Positions 9,461 through 17,817 of a stretch of 64,000 nucleotides of DNA are shown here, piece after piece (within the stretch, counting starts at the first letter, position 1; every line of letters begins with the position of its first letter). Where the stretch lies: assembly GCA_964202055.1 (NCBI GenBank), contig CAXNGS010000004.1, forward strand, positions 67,071 through 131,070, written 5' to 3'. The DNA is from Bdellovibrionota bacterium (GTDB taxonomy: Bacteria; Bdellovibrionota; UBA2428). Under the pieces are notes generated by a model. That model was not told the origin of the DNA and searched no databases. It was given only the letters and a program-made list of their open reading frames with translations. The position numbers and the translations under genes are program-made.

Positions 9461-9568
9461 AAAAAGCTCCTGAATTTAGCACATATAACACAGTGTGTCA
9501 AGAAAGTGTTAAGGCCTAAGCCTTGAATTTTCCAGCCTATTTTTACAGGCGCCAGGATTCCCTGCGAG

Positions 9569-12181
9569 CTACTTAACTGGGGCCTTAATTTTGGGTCCGA
9601 CGATCGTCAAAATCGACAGATGACGGTCGGGATCCATGTATTTTTTAACCATGTTTTGCAGGTCCGAAGATTTGATTTTTTCTAAATCTTTGGCGAAATC
9701 AAAGTAACTTTCAGCGCCCTCGCCGTAGAGTTCATCAAGCGCCATGCCGATGGCTTGCGAGCCGAAGGACTGTTGCTCGATTTCATGATTGCCGACCACA
9801 AATTGAAAAGCGTTTTTCCATTCCTCATCCGTGATCCCGTGATCGCGAATTTTGCGCAGTTCGTTTTTCATGGCTTCCAATGCGGTGTCGACTTTTTCTG
9901 GTGAAGTTCCAATGTAGAAAGAAAAATAACCGGCGTCGACGCCCTCCATGTGCGAGGGGGCCACGGTGTAACAGAGTGAAAGTTTTTCGCGAAGCTCGTT
10001 AAAAAGTCTGCCGCCCATTCCCGAAAGCAAGGCCGCTAATCCGGCCAGCGCCCATCGATCTTTGTGGAACATATTGGTAGTCGGGAATCCGTAGAGTAGG
10101 TGACTTTGTTCTTTGCTCAGAAATTTCTGAACTTTTATAGTTTTCTTTAATTTTGGCCAGGGCAAAGCTTTTTTGAGCGAAGACGATTTTTTGAATTTTA
10201 ATCCGCTCAAAGAATCTTGGAGCAAGGTTTTCAGCTCGTCTTTGCTGATGTCGCCGGTGACCGATAAAATTTGAGGCTTGCCGGTCATTGTTTTGTGATA
10301 CTGCTCTAATAATTTGGGGCTCAGTGATTTGACCGATTGTACGGTGCCGATCGAAGGCCGCGCGTAAGGATGTTTGGTGAACATCAACTCATGAAACAAC
10401 TGACCCATAATGCTAGTGGGCCGATCTTCAGTGGATCGGATGTCTTGAAGCATCAGCGATTTTTCATGGGCCACAATTTCTTTGTCGAAATCAGGTTTAC
10501 AAAAAGCGGTGAGCAAAAGTTCCAACAGTTCAGGCAAATCTTCTTTAAGGCTATCGAGGTGATAACCCCAAGAATTTCGACCGTGAAAGGCGCTGATCGA
10601 TGCGCTTTTTTGATCGATGAATTCATTAAATTCTTCACGGCTGAAGTGGCGACCTTTTTGATTTGTCCCACCATTAGTGACGCTTCGGGCCCATAGCGAT
10701 CCCAGGCCAGGATAGCGGCTGGGCTCGATGCGCTGCCCGCCCCATCCCACCCAACGAAGGCTAATGATCGGCAAATGACGAATGGGACGCAAAATAACTT
10801 TAAGCCCGTTAATTTCAAAACGCTCGATCTGCTGTGATCCACTTTTAGTTTTTGCAGGAACGGGGGCTTTTGAAATTTTCTTGGGAATTTCAAAACTGGG
10901 AATTTTGTCGCCGGTCGGTACAATTCCGCCAATGAGAGCGTCTTTCCAGTTGAGGTAACGATGCTTCACTTCTTCAATGTTCTCAACGGTCAGGCTTCGC
11001 ACCAGATTTAAATATTTTTCGTCCTCAAGATAGTCGCTCGAGATCGATTCAAAGTAAGCGTATTTTTCAGCCAGGCCTTCAACGTTTTCTCGGGCGTAAA
11101 TGGAAGAGCTCAAAAGATTCTTTTTAGCTTTTTCTAATTCTTTCGCGGTCGTTGGACGCTGCAAGAGCTCGTCAATTTCCGCCAAAACTTTCGGAAAATT
11201 TTTTGCCAATCCCTTGGGCGCCTTCATGCTGATTGAAAAAGATCCGTCGTCAAGCGGCGACCAAAGTGAGGATCCCACCGCTCGCAGCCATTTTTTATCA
11301 AAGACTAATTTTCTAACAAGCCGCGAGCTTTCGCCTTGGCCCAAAACCAGCGCAAGTGCATCAAGCGCCGGAGTGTCTTGATGGCGAAGCTTGGGAGCTT
11401 TCCATCCGATATGTAAAAGCGCGTCTTGAGTTTGGTGCTCTTTAATAAAGGTTCGATGCGAGCCCAACGCTTGCATCGGTTTGCGATTTCGAGCATAGGT
11501 TCCGGATTTCATGCCCGAAAAATATTTTTCTGCTCCGCGAATGATTTGGTCTTCATCGAAATCACCGCAGATCACGATGAAAACTTGGTCGGTGGTGTAG
11601 TGCGCGCGGTATTCGCTCATGATCCGATCTCGAGGCATGGCTGCCACAATTTCCGAATATCCAATCACAGGGCGCGAGTAGGGATGGCCTTTGAATAATT
11701 CGCCGCGGAATAAATCACCGGCGATGGCCCCGGGCATATCGTTGCGTCGTTTGATTTCTTCCAAGATCACTGGTTTTTCGCGAGCCAATTCGTCTTCGGA
11801 AACCACTGAGTGCAAAAGCGCGTCTGACAAAATATCAAGACCGCGTTCCCAATGGCGCGAGGCCAATGTCATGTGCATCACCGTGTGATCGTAAGTCGTG
11901 TAGGCATTGAGGTCGCCGCCGAGCGCTTCGATCTCTTGGGCGATTTGTCCGACCGCGCGTTTCTCAGTGCCTTTGAAAAGCAAATGTTCGAAAAGGTGAG
12001 CGATGCCGGCGATCTCGTCGATTTCATCGGCCGCGCCATAGCGAATCCAACCTTGAAGAGTGAGAACCGGAGAGGCCTTCGATTGAATGAGTAACAATTC
12101 GAGACCATTTTTCAATTTCAATTTGCGCGGGTGTTTTTCTGAAAGCGATGCCATCCTTGGCATTTTCGCACAACTTTTCAC
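9569..12181 (-). CDS. M16-family zinc peptidase (insulinase/pitrilysin-like, duplicated two-unit form)
   Basis: Inverted zinc motif HLFEHLLFKGT (HxxEH) near the N-terminus. 870 aa with a second M16-like half. GTG start per the track; ATG alternatives at 12163 and 12154. Confidence 0.85.
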   Translation of the reverse strand: MKSCAKMPRMASLSEKHPRKLKLKNGLELLLIQSKASPVLTLQGWIRYGAADEIDEIAGIAHLFEHLLFKGTEKRAVGQIAQEIEALGGDLNAYTTYDHTVMHMTLASRHWERGLDILSDALLHSVVSEDELAREKPVILEEIKRRNDMPGAIAGDLFRGELFKGHPYSRPVIGYSEIVAAMPRDRIMSEYRAHYTTDQVFIVICGDFDEDQIIRGAEKYFSGMKSGTYARNRKPMQALGSHRTFIKEHQTQDALLHIGWKAPKLRHQDTPALDALALVLGQGESSRLVRKLVFDKKWLRAVGSSLWSPLDDGSFSISMKAPKGLAKNFPKVLAEIDELLQRPTTAKELEKAKKNLLSSSIYARENVEGLAEKYAYFESISSDYLEDEKYLNLVRSLTVENIEEVKHRYLNWKDALIGGIVPTGDKIPSFEIPKKISKAPVPAKTKSGSQQIERFEINGLKVILRPIRHLPIISLRWVGWGGQRIEPSRYPGLGSLWARSVTNGGTNQKGRHFSREEFNEFIDQKSASISAFHGRNSWGYHLDSLKEDLPELLELLLTAFCKPDFDKEIVAHEKSLMLQDIRSTEDRPTSIMGQLFHELMFTKHPYARPSIGTVQSVKSLSPKLLEQYHKTMTGKPQILSVTGDISKDELKTLLQDSLSGLKFKKSSSLKKALPWPKLKKTIKVQKFLSKEQSHLLYGFPTTNMFHKDRWALAGLAALLSGMGGRLFNELREKLSLCYTVAPSHMEGVDAGYFSFYIGTSPEKVDTALEAMKNELRKIRDHGITDEEWKNAFQFVVGNHEIEQQSFGSQAIGMALDELYGEGAESYFDFAKDLEKIKSSDLQNMVKKYMDPDRHLSILTIVGPKIKAPVK

Positions 12182-12350
12182 TAACTGCTTGAAGTTGCGA
12201 GACTTGAAAGAGCCAAGTTTGCTTTGAGGTTGATCCTAAAAGAGTTACGCTTTCGTAAAGGTTCAATTTATTGAGTTAATTGATTGAAATAAAATAGGAA
12301 ATTGCTTTGACTGGCTTGAAAATATCTCCCATTAAGTCAATCTTATAGAT

Positions 12351-13250
12351 ATGCAAAATTTGAAGCATCCAAGACGCAATACGGGGGCGAGACTTTTTTT
12401 TACGACCCTCTTTTTATCGACAATCGTGGTGCCTAACGGGGCTCGAGCCCAAGAAAGCATATTGAAATTGGTAACCGATCAGCAGTTGATCAGGGCCGGT
12501 CGTGATGCCTATTTGCGGCACTGCATGGGATGTCACGGTGTGAATGCCGATGGCAACGGGGCTGGAGCCGAAATGCTGGATCCCAAACCTCGCAATTTAG
12601 TTTCGGGGGCCTTTAAATTTCGAAGCACGCCACTGGGAACTTTACCAACACTTCAAGATTTGGTTCGAACGATTAATTATGGAATTCCAAATTCAGCAAT
12701 GCCTAATTTTCGGCTACTACCGGAAAATCAAAAATTGGCGCTGGCACTTTACATTCAAAGCTTGCGACCTGATTGGAAAAAAAATGAAGGACGTCCGGTA
12801 AACTTGCCGCCTGTTCCGGAGAAATTATTCGATAGCAAAATAAACCATCTCGAAGCGGCACTCCGAGGAAAAAAACTTTTTGAAGAAGCTTGCTTAACTT
12901 GTCATGGAGAAAAAGGTTTGGGTGATGGGCCAGGCTCGGTGGGTTTGACCGACGCGGACAACCAGCCCATTAAGCCGGCTAATTTAAGCTTGCGAACCGT
13001 TAAGAGTGGCGCGACGGCTCGAGATCTTTATCGCGACATTTGGACCGGACTAGATGGAACGCCGATGCCGGCTTTTGAAGGCGTTTATAGCGAAGTCCAA
13101 GTGTGGGACATAGTTGCCTTTGTTTTTTATCTGCGAGGCAACAAGGCTAATTTTTATGATTTTGAAAATTTAAATGACTCAGTAGTGGCTTCGCTAAAAA
13201 CCAAGGCAAAAGCTGAATCAACAACTGGCAGCGGCGGAGGTGGACAATGA
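12351..13250 (+). CDS. Diheme c-type cytochrome (CcoP-like soluble part, with its own signal peptide)
   Basis: Two heme-binding motifs, CMGCH and CLTCH. Signal peptide ...FLSTIVVPNGARAQE. A 4-bp overlap with the following ccoN-like gene. Confidence 0.8.
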   Translation: MQNLKHPRRNTGARLFFTTLFLSTIVVPNGARAQESILKLVTDQQLIRAGRDAYLRHCMGCHGVNADGNGAGAEMLDPKPRNLVSGAFKFRSTPLGTLPTLQDLVRTINYGIPNSAMPNFRLLPENQKLALALYIQSLRPDWKKNEGRPVNLPPVPEKLFDSKINHLEAALRGKKLFEEACLTCHGEKGLGDGPGSVGLTDADNQPIKPANLSLRTVKSGATARDLYRDIWTGLDGTPMPAFEGVYSEVQVWDIVAFVFYLRGNKANFYDFENLNDSVVASLKTKAKAESTTGSGGGGQ

Positions 13251-14677
13251 GCCTAATTACAAATGCTGAGACGAAAACTGTTACAAAAGCGACAGAGCGC
13301 GAATCGCTGGTTGATTATGATGTGGTGAAATATCACTTCTACGCCTTCATGGTGTACATGGTGATTGTTTTGCTGTCGGGGCTTTCTTATTCGTTACAAT
13401 TTCTGCAAAAGTATCCTTTCCCTGGGATTGAAATTTTATCGCCGGGAAGAATACGCATGGTTCACACTCAGGCCATAGCTTATGGAATGCTGGCTAATGG
13501 ATTGTTTGGGATGCTTTATTATGTGGTGCCTAAATTAACTAGCTTTACTGTTTGGTCTCATAAGTTAAGTCAATTTCTGTTTTGGGCATACAACTCGTTG
13601 GTGGTTGCTACTGTTGTTTTGATTTTGGCAGGTTTCGCTCAAGGTCTTGAGTGGGCAGAAACTCCGGTGATCTTGGATCCCATCATCGCGATAGCGGTCG
13701 TGATTTTTGTTTTGAATATGCTGACTCCCGTTTGGAAAGCTCGAGCCAATACTTTTTATGTCAGTCTTTGGTACATCTTGGCAGCTATGATTTGGACGCC
13801 GCTTGTTTATGTGTTCGGAAATTTTTTACCACAATATGTTTTTGCGGGAACTGCGGGCGCCACCATTTCGTCGATGTACATTCATGATTTAGTGGGTTTG
13901 TTTGTCACGCCGCTTGGGATTGCTTCGGTTTATTACTTGCTGCCGGTAGTGATGCGAGTACCGCTCTACAGCCACGCATTGTCGATCATTGGTTTTTGGG
14001 GCTTGGCTTTTTTCTATCCACTTAACAGTGCCCACCACTATTTGTGGTCTCCGATTCCTATGTGGGCGCAGTACGCAAGTGTGGTCGCCAGCATCGGCGT
14101 GCACGTTGTTGTTTACACGGTGGTCTTCAATATTTTTGCGACCATTTCTAGTGATTGGAAACAGCTTCAGACCAATCTACCTGTGCGATGGATCTTTACG
14201 GGAACACTCGCCTATTTAATCACCTGTATTCAGTGCGCGGTTCAAGTGACTCTTTCGGCGCAAGAAATCATTCACTTCACGGATTGGGTTGTTGGGCACT
14301 CGCACTTTGTCTTGTTTGGAACTTTTAGTTTTTGGATCACCGCTTGGGCTTATTGGTTGTTGCCGCGGATTTGGAAAACGCCCATTTTTTCAGTGAGCCT
14401 TAGTCGATGGCATTACTGGCTGGTAACCATCGGCATCGCGATCATGCAGATCGATCTTTTGGCCGCAGGAGTGGTTCAAGGAATGATGTGGCGATCGATG
14501 GCGCCCTTTATCGATAGTGTGAAAGCTTCGATGCCTTTTTGGTGGGTGCGAACCTTTTCTGGAATTGTGATTTTAGTCGGCGAGGCTTGTTTCTTGATTA
14601 ATATGTACATGACTTGGCAGGAGTCGCGAAACAAAGAGGCTGCGGGAACTCTTGAACTCCAGGGGAGCGCAACATGA
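13247..14677 (+). CDS. ccoN: cbb3-type (C-family) heme-copper oxidase subunit I
   Basis: 12-TM-like hydrophobic profile. His motifs YIHDLVG, NSAHHYLW and HFTDWVVGHSHFVLFG parallel the CcoN ligand blocks. Confidence 0.8.
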   Translation: MSLITNAETKTVTKATERESLVDYDVVKYHFYAFMVYMVIVLLSGLSYSLQFLQKYPFPGIEILSPGRIRMVHTQAIAYGMLANGLFGMLYYVVPKLTSFTVWSHKLSQFLFWAYNSLVVATVVLILAGFAQGLEWAETPVILDPIIAIAVVIFVLNMLTPVWKARANTFYVSLWYILAAMIWTPLVYVFGNFLPQYVFAGTAGATISSMYIHDLVGLFVTPLGIASVYYLLPVVMRVPLYSHALSIIGFWGLAFFYPLNSAHHYLWSPIPMWAQYASVVASIGVHVVVYTVVFNIFATISSDWKQLQTNLPVRWIFTGTLAYLITCIQCAVQVTLSAQEIIHFTDWVVGHSHFVLFGTFSFWITAWAYWLLPRIWKTPIFSVSLSRWHYWLVTIGIAIMQIDLLAAGVVQGMMWRSMAPFIDSVKASMPFWWVRTFSGIVILVGEACFLINMYMTWQESRNKEAAGTLELQGSAT

Positions 14678-15291
14678 AAATCATTGAAAAATTCAGCGGA
14701 GTTTTTTTAATCGCCGGAGTTTTTTTATTCGCTGGCGCGGTTTTGTCGCTGGGCATTTGGCCGGCAATGATGGTGGATCAAGTTTATCCTCGTCGCGGAT
14801 TGCCCATCGATATCCCGGAAGATTTTCAATCGTATTATTCAAATTTGGATGATTATCAAAAAGCGATTTTACGCGGGCGCGATCTTTATATTCGCGAAGC
14901 TTGCTGGCACTGTCACAGCCAATATGTTCGACCGGTGGCCAATGAAGAATTGCGTTATGGTCCAGTTTCGACGCCGGGTGAATTCAACACTGTTTTGCAG
15001 TTGCCTCAATTGTTCGGCACTCGTCGTGTGGGTCCCGACTTGAGTCGCGAGGCTGGGCTAAAATCAAATGATTGGCATTTTGCGCACCTCTACAATCCGA
15101 TGAGCATAGTGCCCGAAACTGTGATGCCGGCCTATCCTTGGTATTTTACTAAAACGAAAGGCAAGGTCCCAGTTCCCAATGCGGACGGCGTGGCTATAGT
15201 CGCTTATCTGCAAGTTTTGGGAGCTAACTTTAAAAATCAGCGAACTAATTTGGATGACACTTCTTCAGAGACGATGCCCCCAAAAGAATAA
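14674..15291 (+). CDS. ccoO: cbb3-type oxidase monoheme subunit II
   Basis: N-terminal TM and CWHCHSQYVRP (CcoO-type CxxCHSQ motif). ATGA-type overlap with ccoN. Confidence 0.8.
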   Translation: MKIIEKFSGVFLIAGVFLFAGAVLSLGIWPAMMVDQVYPRRGLPIDIPEDFQSYYSNLDDYQKAILRGRDLYIREACWHCHSQYVRPVANEELRYGPVSTPGEFNTVLQLPQLFGTRRVGPDLSREAGLKSNDWHFAHLYNPMSIVPETVMPAYPWYFTKTKGKVPVPNADGVAIVAYLQVLGANFKNQRTNLDDTSSETMPPKE

Positions 15292-15307
15292 ACACTAAGG
15301 ATTTAAT

Positions 15308-15559
15308 ATGAGCAAAAAAATATTCTATTTATTAATTCTCATGGTCGGTAGTGGGCTGATTTTTTTGGGCTATGCCATTGGCGGTGATTGGGGTGACGGG
15401 GCTCAAGGCAGCGTGGTGCTATATGGAATTTTGGTGACGGTGTTTTTGGCCGCGCAGCTTTGGGGTTTTGTGGTTAGCCAGATGACTTATGTGGAAAGTG
15501 TTGAGCGCGCAAAGTTTGAACTTTTGGAGATTGAGGGCATCACTTGTTCGAAAAATTAA
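15308..15559 (+). CDS. Small two-TM membrane protein (possible CcoQ-like accessory subunit)
   Basis: AAGGA Shine-Dalgarno sequence before the ATG, two hydrophobic helices, and a position directly after ccoO. Function is inference. Confidence 0.5.
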   Translation: MSKKIFYLLILMVGSGLIFLGYAIGGDWGDGAQGSVVLYGILVTVFLAAQLWGFVVSQMTYVESVERAKFELLEIEGITCSKN

Positions 15560-15771
15560 AACGAGGCTTGCGCCTTTTTCCCTGCCTTTACTGTGGAGTT
15601 GATTCAGGCCCGGTGATTCGTTTTTTTATATTTTTTATTGGTGCCGGAATTTTGGCGACTCTTTGTTGGTTGATTTGGGCAATCGGTACCAAGAAACTTC
15701 GGGATGATGACGAAATTTCGTCTTTTCCCATTAAAGTCGAAGAAGGCGGGGATACAAATGTCATCAGTTGA
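15544..15771 (+). CDS. CcoS-like cbb3 maturation protein (start uncertain; GTG 15613 gives 52 aa)
   Basis: A single TM followed by WLIWAIGTKKLRDDDEISSFPI resembles the CcoS pattern (TM-W-A-x-x-x-G-x-F-D-D). Confidence 0.45.
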   Translation: MFEKLKRGLRLFPCLYCGVDSGPVIRFFIFFIGAGILATLCWLIWAIGTKKLRDDDEISSFPIKVEEGGDTNVIS

Positions 15772-15937
15772 AGAAAAATCGGAAGTTGAAAGATTGGTTT
15801 ATGAGGGCAACAAAGTTCCAGCTCCAATCCGTTTGGCTTGGACCCTGATTCTGCTTTTCTCGATCTACTATGTTGTGGCTTACTCTTGGCCGGACTTAAA
15901 GCATTGGTTAGGATTGTTAGCAGATGGTGGACCATGA
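15758..15937 (+). CDS. FixP/CcoP N-terminal-anchor-like microprotein (59 aa)
   Basis: Start moved to ATG 15758 (GAAGG upstream). VYEGNKVPAPIRLAWTLILLFSIYYVVAYSWPDL resembles the membrane-anchor segment of CcoP only; there is no heme motif. Confidence 0.5.
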   Translation: MSSVEEKSEVERLVYEGNKVPAPIRLAWTLILLFSIYYVVAYSWPDLKHWLGLLADGGP

Positions 15938-16982
15938 CTTGCCTGAACCTAAAGAACGTAATTTAACCACGCCTCAACAAAAAGAAGAGCGGTTGTTTTC
16001 GGTTCTTTATTCGCTGACAGTTTTTGCAGTGCTTTATTCTTCGATCCATAAATTGTGGATTCCGCTCTTTCTAAAGTTCACATCGGTTTCTCAGTTGAGC
16101 TATCAGGAAGTTGATTTTTGGATTGTGCCCGCCTTTGCGTTTTGGGGGCACTTGCGCCGTCATCGAAACTTGAGTTGGTTTGGAACTTTTCTTTGTGGGA
16201 CTCTGATTGTACATGGCGTCTTCGAAATGTGGTTTATCTCGGAGGGTAAATACTTTGGATGGCTAGAAATTTCTCATTTATTAAGCGCGGCGCCTTTGGC
16301 CTTGTTATCCATTGGGTGGTTGAGTTTAGCGCGTGATCGAAAACCACAGCCTATTGCCGGTTGGGCGGGTGTTTTTTTAAGTATTTTGATTTCGGTGGCT
16401 TCATCCTATGATTTTCGAAACCTTTTTTTGGGCGGTCCTAAAACTGAGGATGCTCAGCAAGAAATTCGTTTGGAATTTAATCCCGGAGTTCCTCGACTAC
16501 AGCGTGCCGATGAATGTGGACAGCAAGCTTTTTGGGTCAGTTTGGTTGATTATCCTAACCGAGAGGCCCGCACTGAAATTCAGCTGTCAAAATGTGGATT
16601 GGCTCCGGCAATGAGTCGAATGGATCGTTTTTACGGATTTTCGGTACTTAATAAATTACCGACTTCAGCCAACATTCACATTTTAGTTTTTCGTCCGGAC
16701 GGACAAAAGCGAGGCTTCAATCGAATTTTACGAAGCTACGAAAAGTTGGAGCTGCATCGTGGAAATTTTAACATCGCTAATGATGAATACTTGATGATTT
16801 ATAGCGACTCGACTCCCGGGGCGGGAATCACCGCGCTATTCCCCAACGATCAAAAGGGGCTATTTAAAGTCACACGAACTCCTTTGCAGGTGATGCCCAT
16901 TAATGAGCGCACGGGAGTGGCGGCTTTTGTGGTGGCTCCGGCGGCTGTTTTAGATAATTCCGCTTTAAAGAAAAACAAATGA
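15924..16982 (+). CDS. Hypothetical membrane protein (about 5 TM plus a ~190-aa soluble C-terminal domain)
   Basis: Long ORF overlapping the previous gene by 14 bp. Hydrophobic N-terminal half. No family recognised. Confidence 0.55.
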   Translation: MVDHDLPEPKERNLTTPQQKEERLFSVLYSLTVFAVLYSSIHKLWIPLFLKFTSVSQLSYQEVDFWIVPAFAFWGHLRRHRNLSWFGTFLCGTLIVHGVFEMWFISEGKYFGWLEISHLLSAAPLALLSIGWLSLARDRKPQPIAGWAGVFLSILISVASSYDFRNLFLGGPKTEDAQQEIRLEFNPGVPRLQRADECGQQAFWVSLVDYPNREARTEIQLSKCGLAPAMSRMDRFYGFSVLNKLPTSANIHILVFRPDGQKRGFNRILRSYEKLELHRGNFNIANDEYLMIYSDSTPGAGITALFPNDQKGLFKVTRTPLQVMPINERTGVAAFVVAPAAVLDNSALKKNK

Positions 16983-16993
16983 GCTTTGATTTT

Positions 16994-17095
16994 ATGCGAT
17001 ACGTATTGGAGTTCACTTTGGTTGCTTCGATCGCGGCGGTGGTTTGTTTTGTGATTCGGTCGACTCGCAAAAAATCGGGTGAATCAGGTGAGTGA
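16994..17095 (+). CDS. Possible 33-aa single-TM micro-ORF, or the detached N-terminus of the next gene
   Basis: ATG 16994, MRYVLEFTLVASIAAVVCFVIRSTRKKSGESGE*. Overlaps GTG 17079 in another frame. An A6 run at 17069..17074 lies at the junction. No clear Shine-Dalgarno sequence. Confidence 0.25.
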   Translation: MRYVLEFTLVASIAAVVCFVIRSTRKKSGESGE

Positions 17096-17495
17096 TCGAC
17101 TTTACATCAGCCCCAACGCAAAATTGGAAACCGAGATTCCATTTTTCGTGGTCTATGAAAAAAGTGATGATGGGATTTCTAAGAATCAAGACATGGTGGG
17201 GATTTTATCTTCGCCAAATCTTTCCGAAGAATATCAAATTAATTTGGTGGCTCAGGGGCCAGGTTCCGAGGACAACACCGTTCGCTACATGGGAGAGGTG
17301 TCTTTGGTAAGTCCCGGGGAATATTTGGTAAAAGTGGCAGCACAAACTCAAAATTTATTGGTCGAACAACGGGCCGATAATTTGTCTTTTTTGCGTGAGT
17401 TTGGAGTTTTTTTTATCGGAACATCCATTTTATTGGTGGTGGTTTTTTGCTGGGCCATGGTTTCTAAGCGAAAAAGAATTTCAACGACTGTATGA
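17079..17495 (+). CDS. Hypothetical protein with a beta-rich domain and a C-terminal TM anchor (FixH/YtkA-like, tentative)
   Basis: 138-aa ORF with a GTG start. ...GEVSLVSPGEYLVKV... resembles Ig-like FixH/YtkA domains. C-terminal helix FGVFFIGTSILLVVVFCWAMV. Confidence 0.45.
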   Translation: MNQVSDRLYISPNAKLETEIPFFVVYEKSDDGISKNQDMVGILSSPNLSEEYQINLVAQGPGSEDNTVRYMGEVSLVSPGEYLVKVAAQTQNLLVEQRADNLSFLREFGVFFIGTSILLVVVFCWAMVSKRKRISTTV

Positions 17496-17734
17496 AGCAA
17501 AAACAAAGTTTAGATCGCGATCAACTAATCGGCGCAATCTTCTTCAGCTTGTTTTTTGTTTTCATCATTTCGGGAATCGTTGCCAAGCGAATTTTCGGAC
17601 ACCCCGATTGGATGGTCTTTTTTCATTTGCCGGCCGCGGTTTTTTTAGTGATTGCCGGTCGCCAATTGTCGGGTCGAGTCCGCGAGCGTTACCAGCAAGA
17701 ACTTAGTCGCTTTCAGGGTGGTTCAAAGTCCTGA
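17492..17734 (+). CDS. Small two-TM membrane protein
   Basis: ATGA overlap with the previous ORF and two hydrophobic helices. No family recognised. Confidence 0.5.
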   Translation: MKQKQSLDRDQLIGAIFFSLFFVFIISGIVAKRIFGHPDWMVFFHLPAAVFLVIAGRQLSGRVRERYQQELSRFQGGSKS

Positions 17735-17817
17735 GGCTTTGTGGTGCTTTGTTTTCTATCAATCAATCAGTAATTAAATTGAGCAAATTTACTTAAAAGC
17801 GGCTATGAAGCCTTTTC

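Noticed and set aside
9476-9501. TTAGCAC-N12-GTGTCAA resembles a CIRCE half-site pair upstream of the 542-aa gene.
   Set aside because: Only 5/7 bases match in the second half-site, the spacing is wrong (12 rather than 13 between the 7-mers), and the flanking TC/GA bases are absent. This is probably chance.
9473-9501. TTGACA-17-TAAATT is a promoter-like pair upstream of the 542-aa gene (minus strand).
   Set aside because: The predicted transcription start would fall about 6 nt before the ATG, downstream of the only GGAG. The hexamers conflict with the apparent Shine-Dalgarno sequence, so I did not list it as a feature.
12263-12274. TCAAT-tt-ATTGA is a small palindrome, followed by extra ATTGA copies, upstream of the cbb3 locus. 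I considered it as an FNR/CRP-type box.
   Set aside because: It does not match TTGAT-N4-ATCAA in either sequence or spacing. The arms are short and AT-rich, so chance occurrence is likely.
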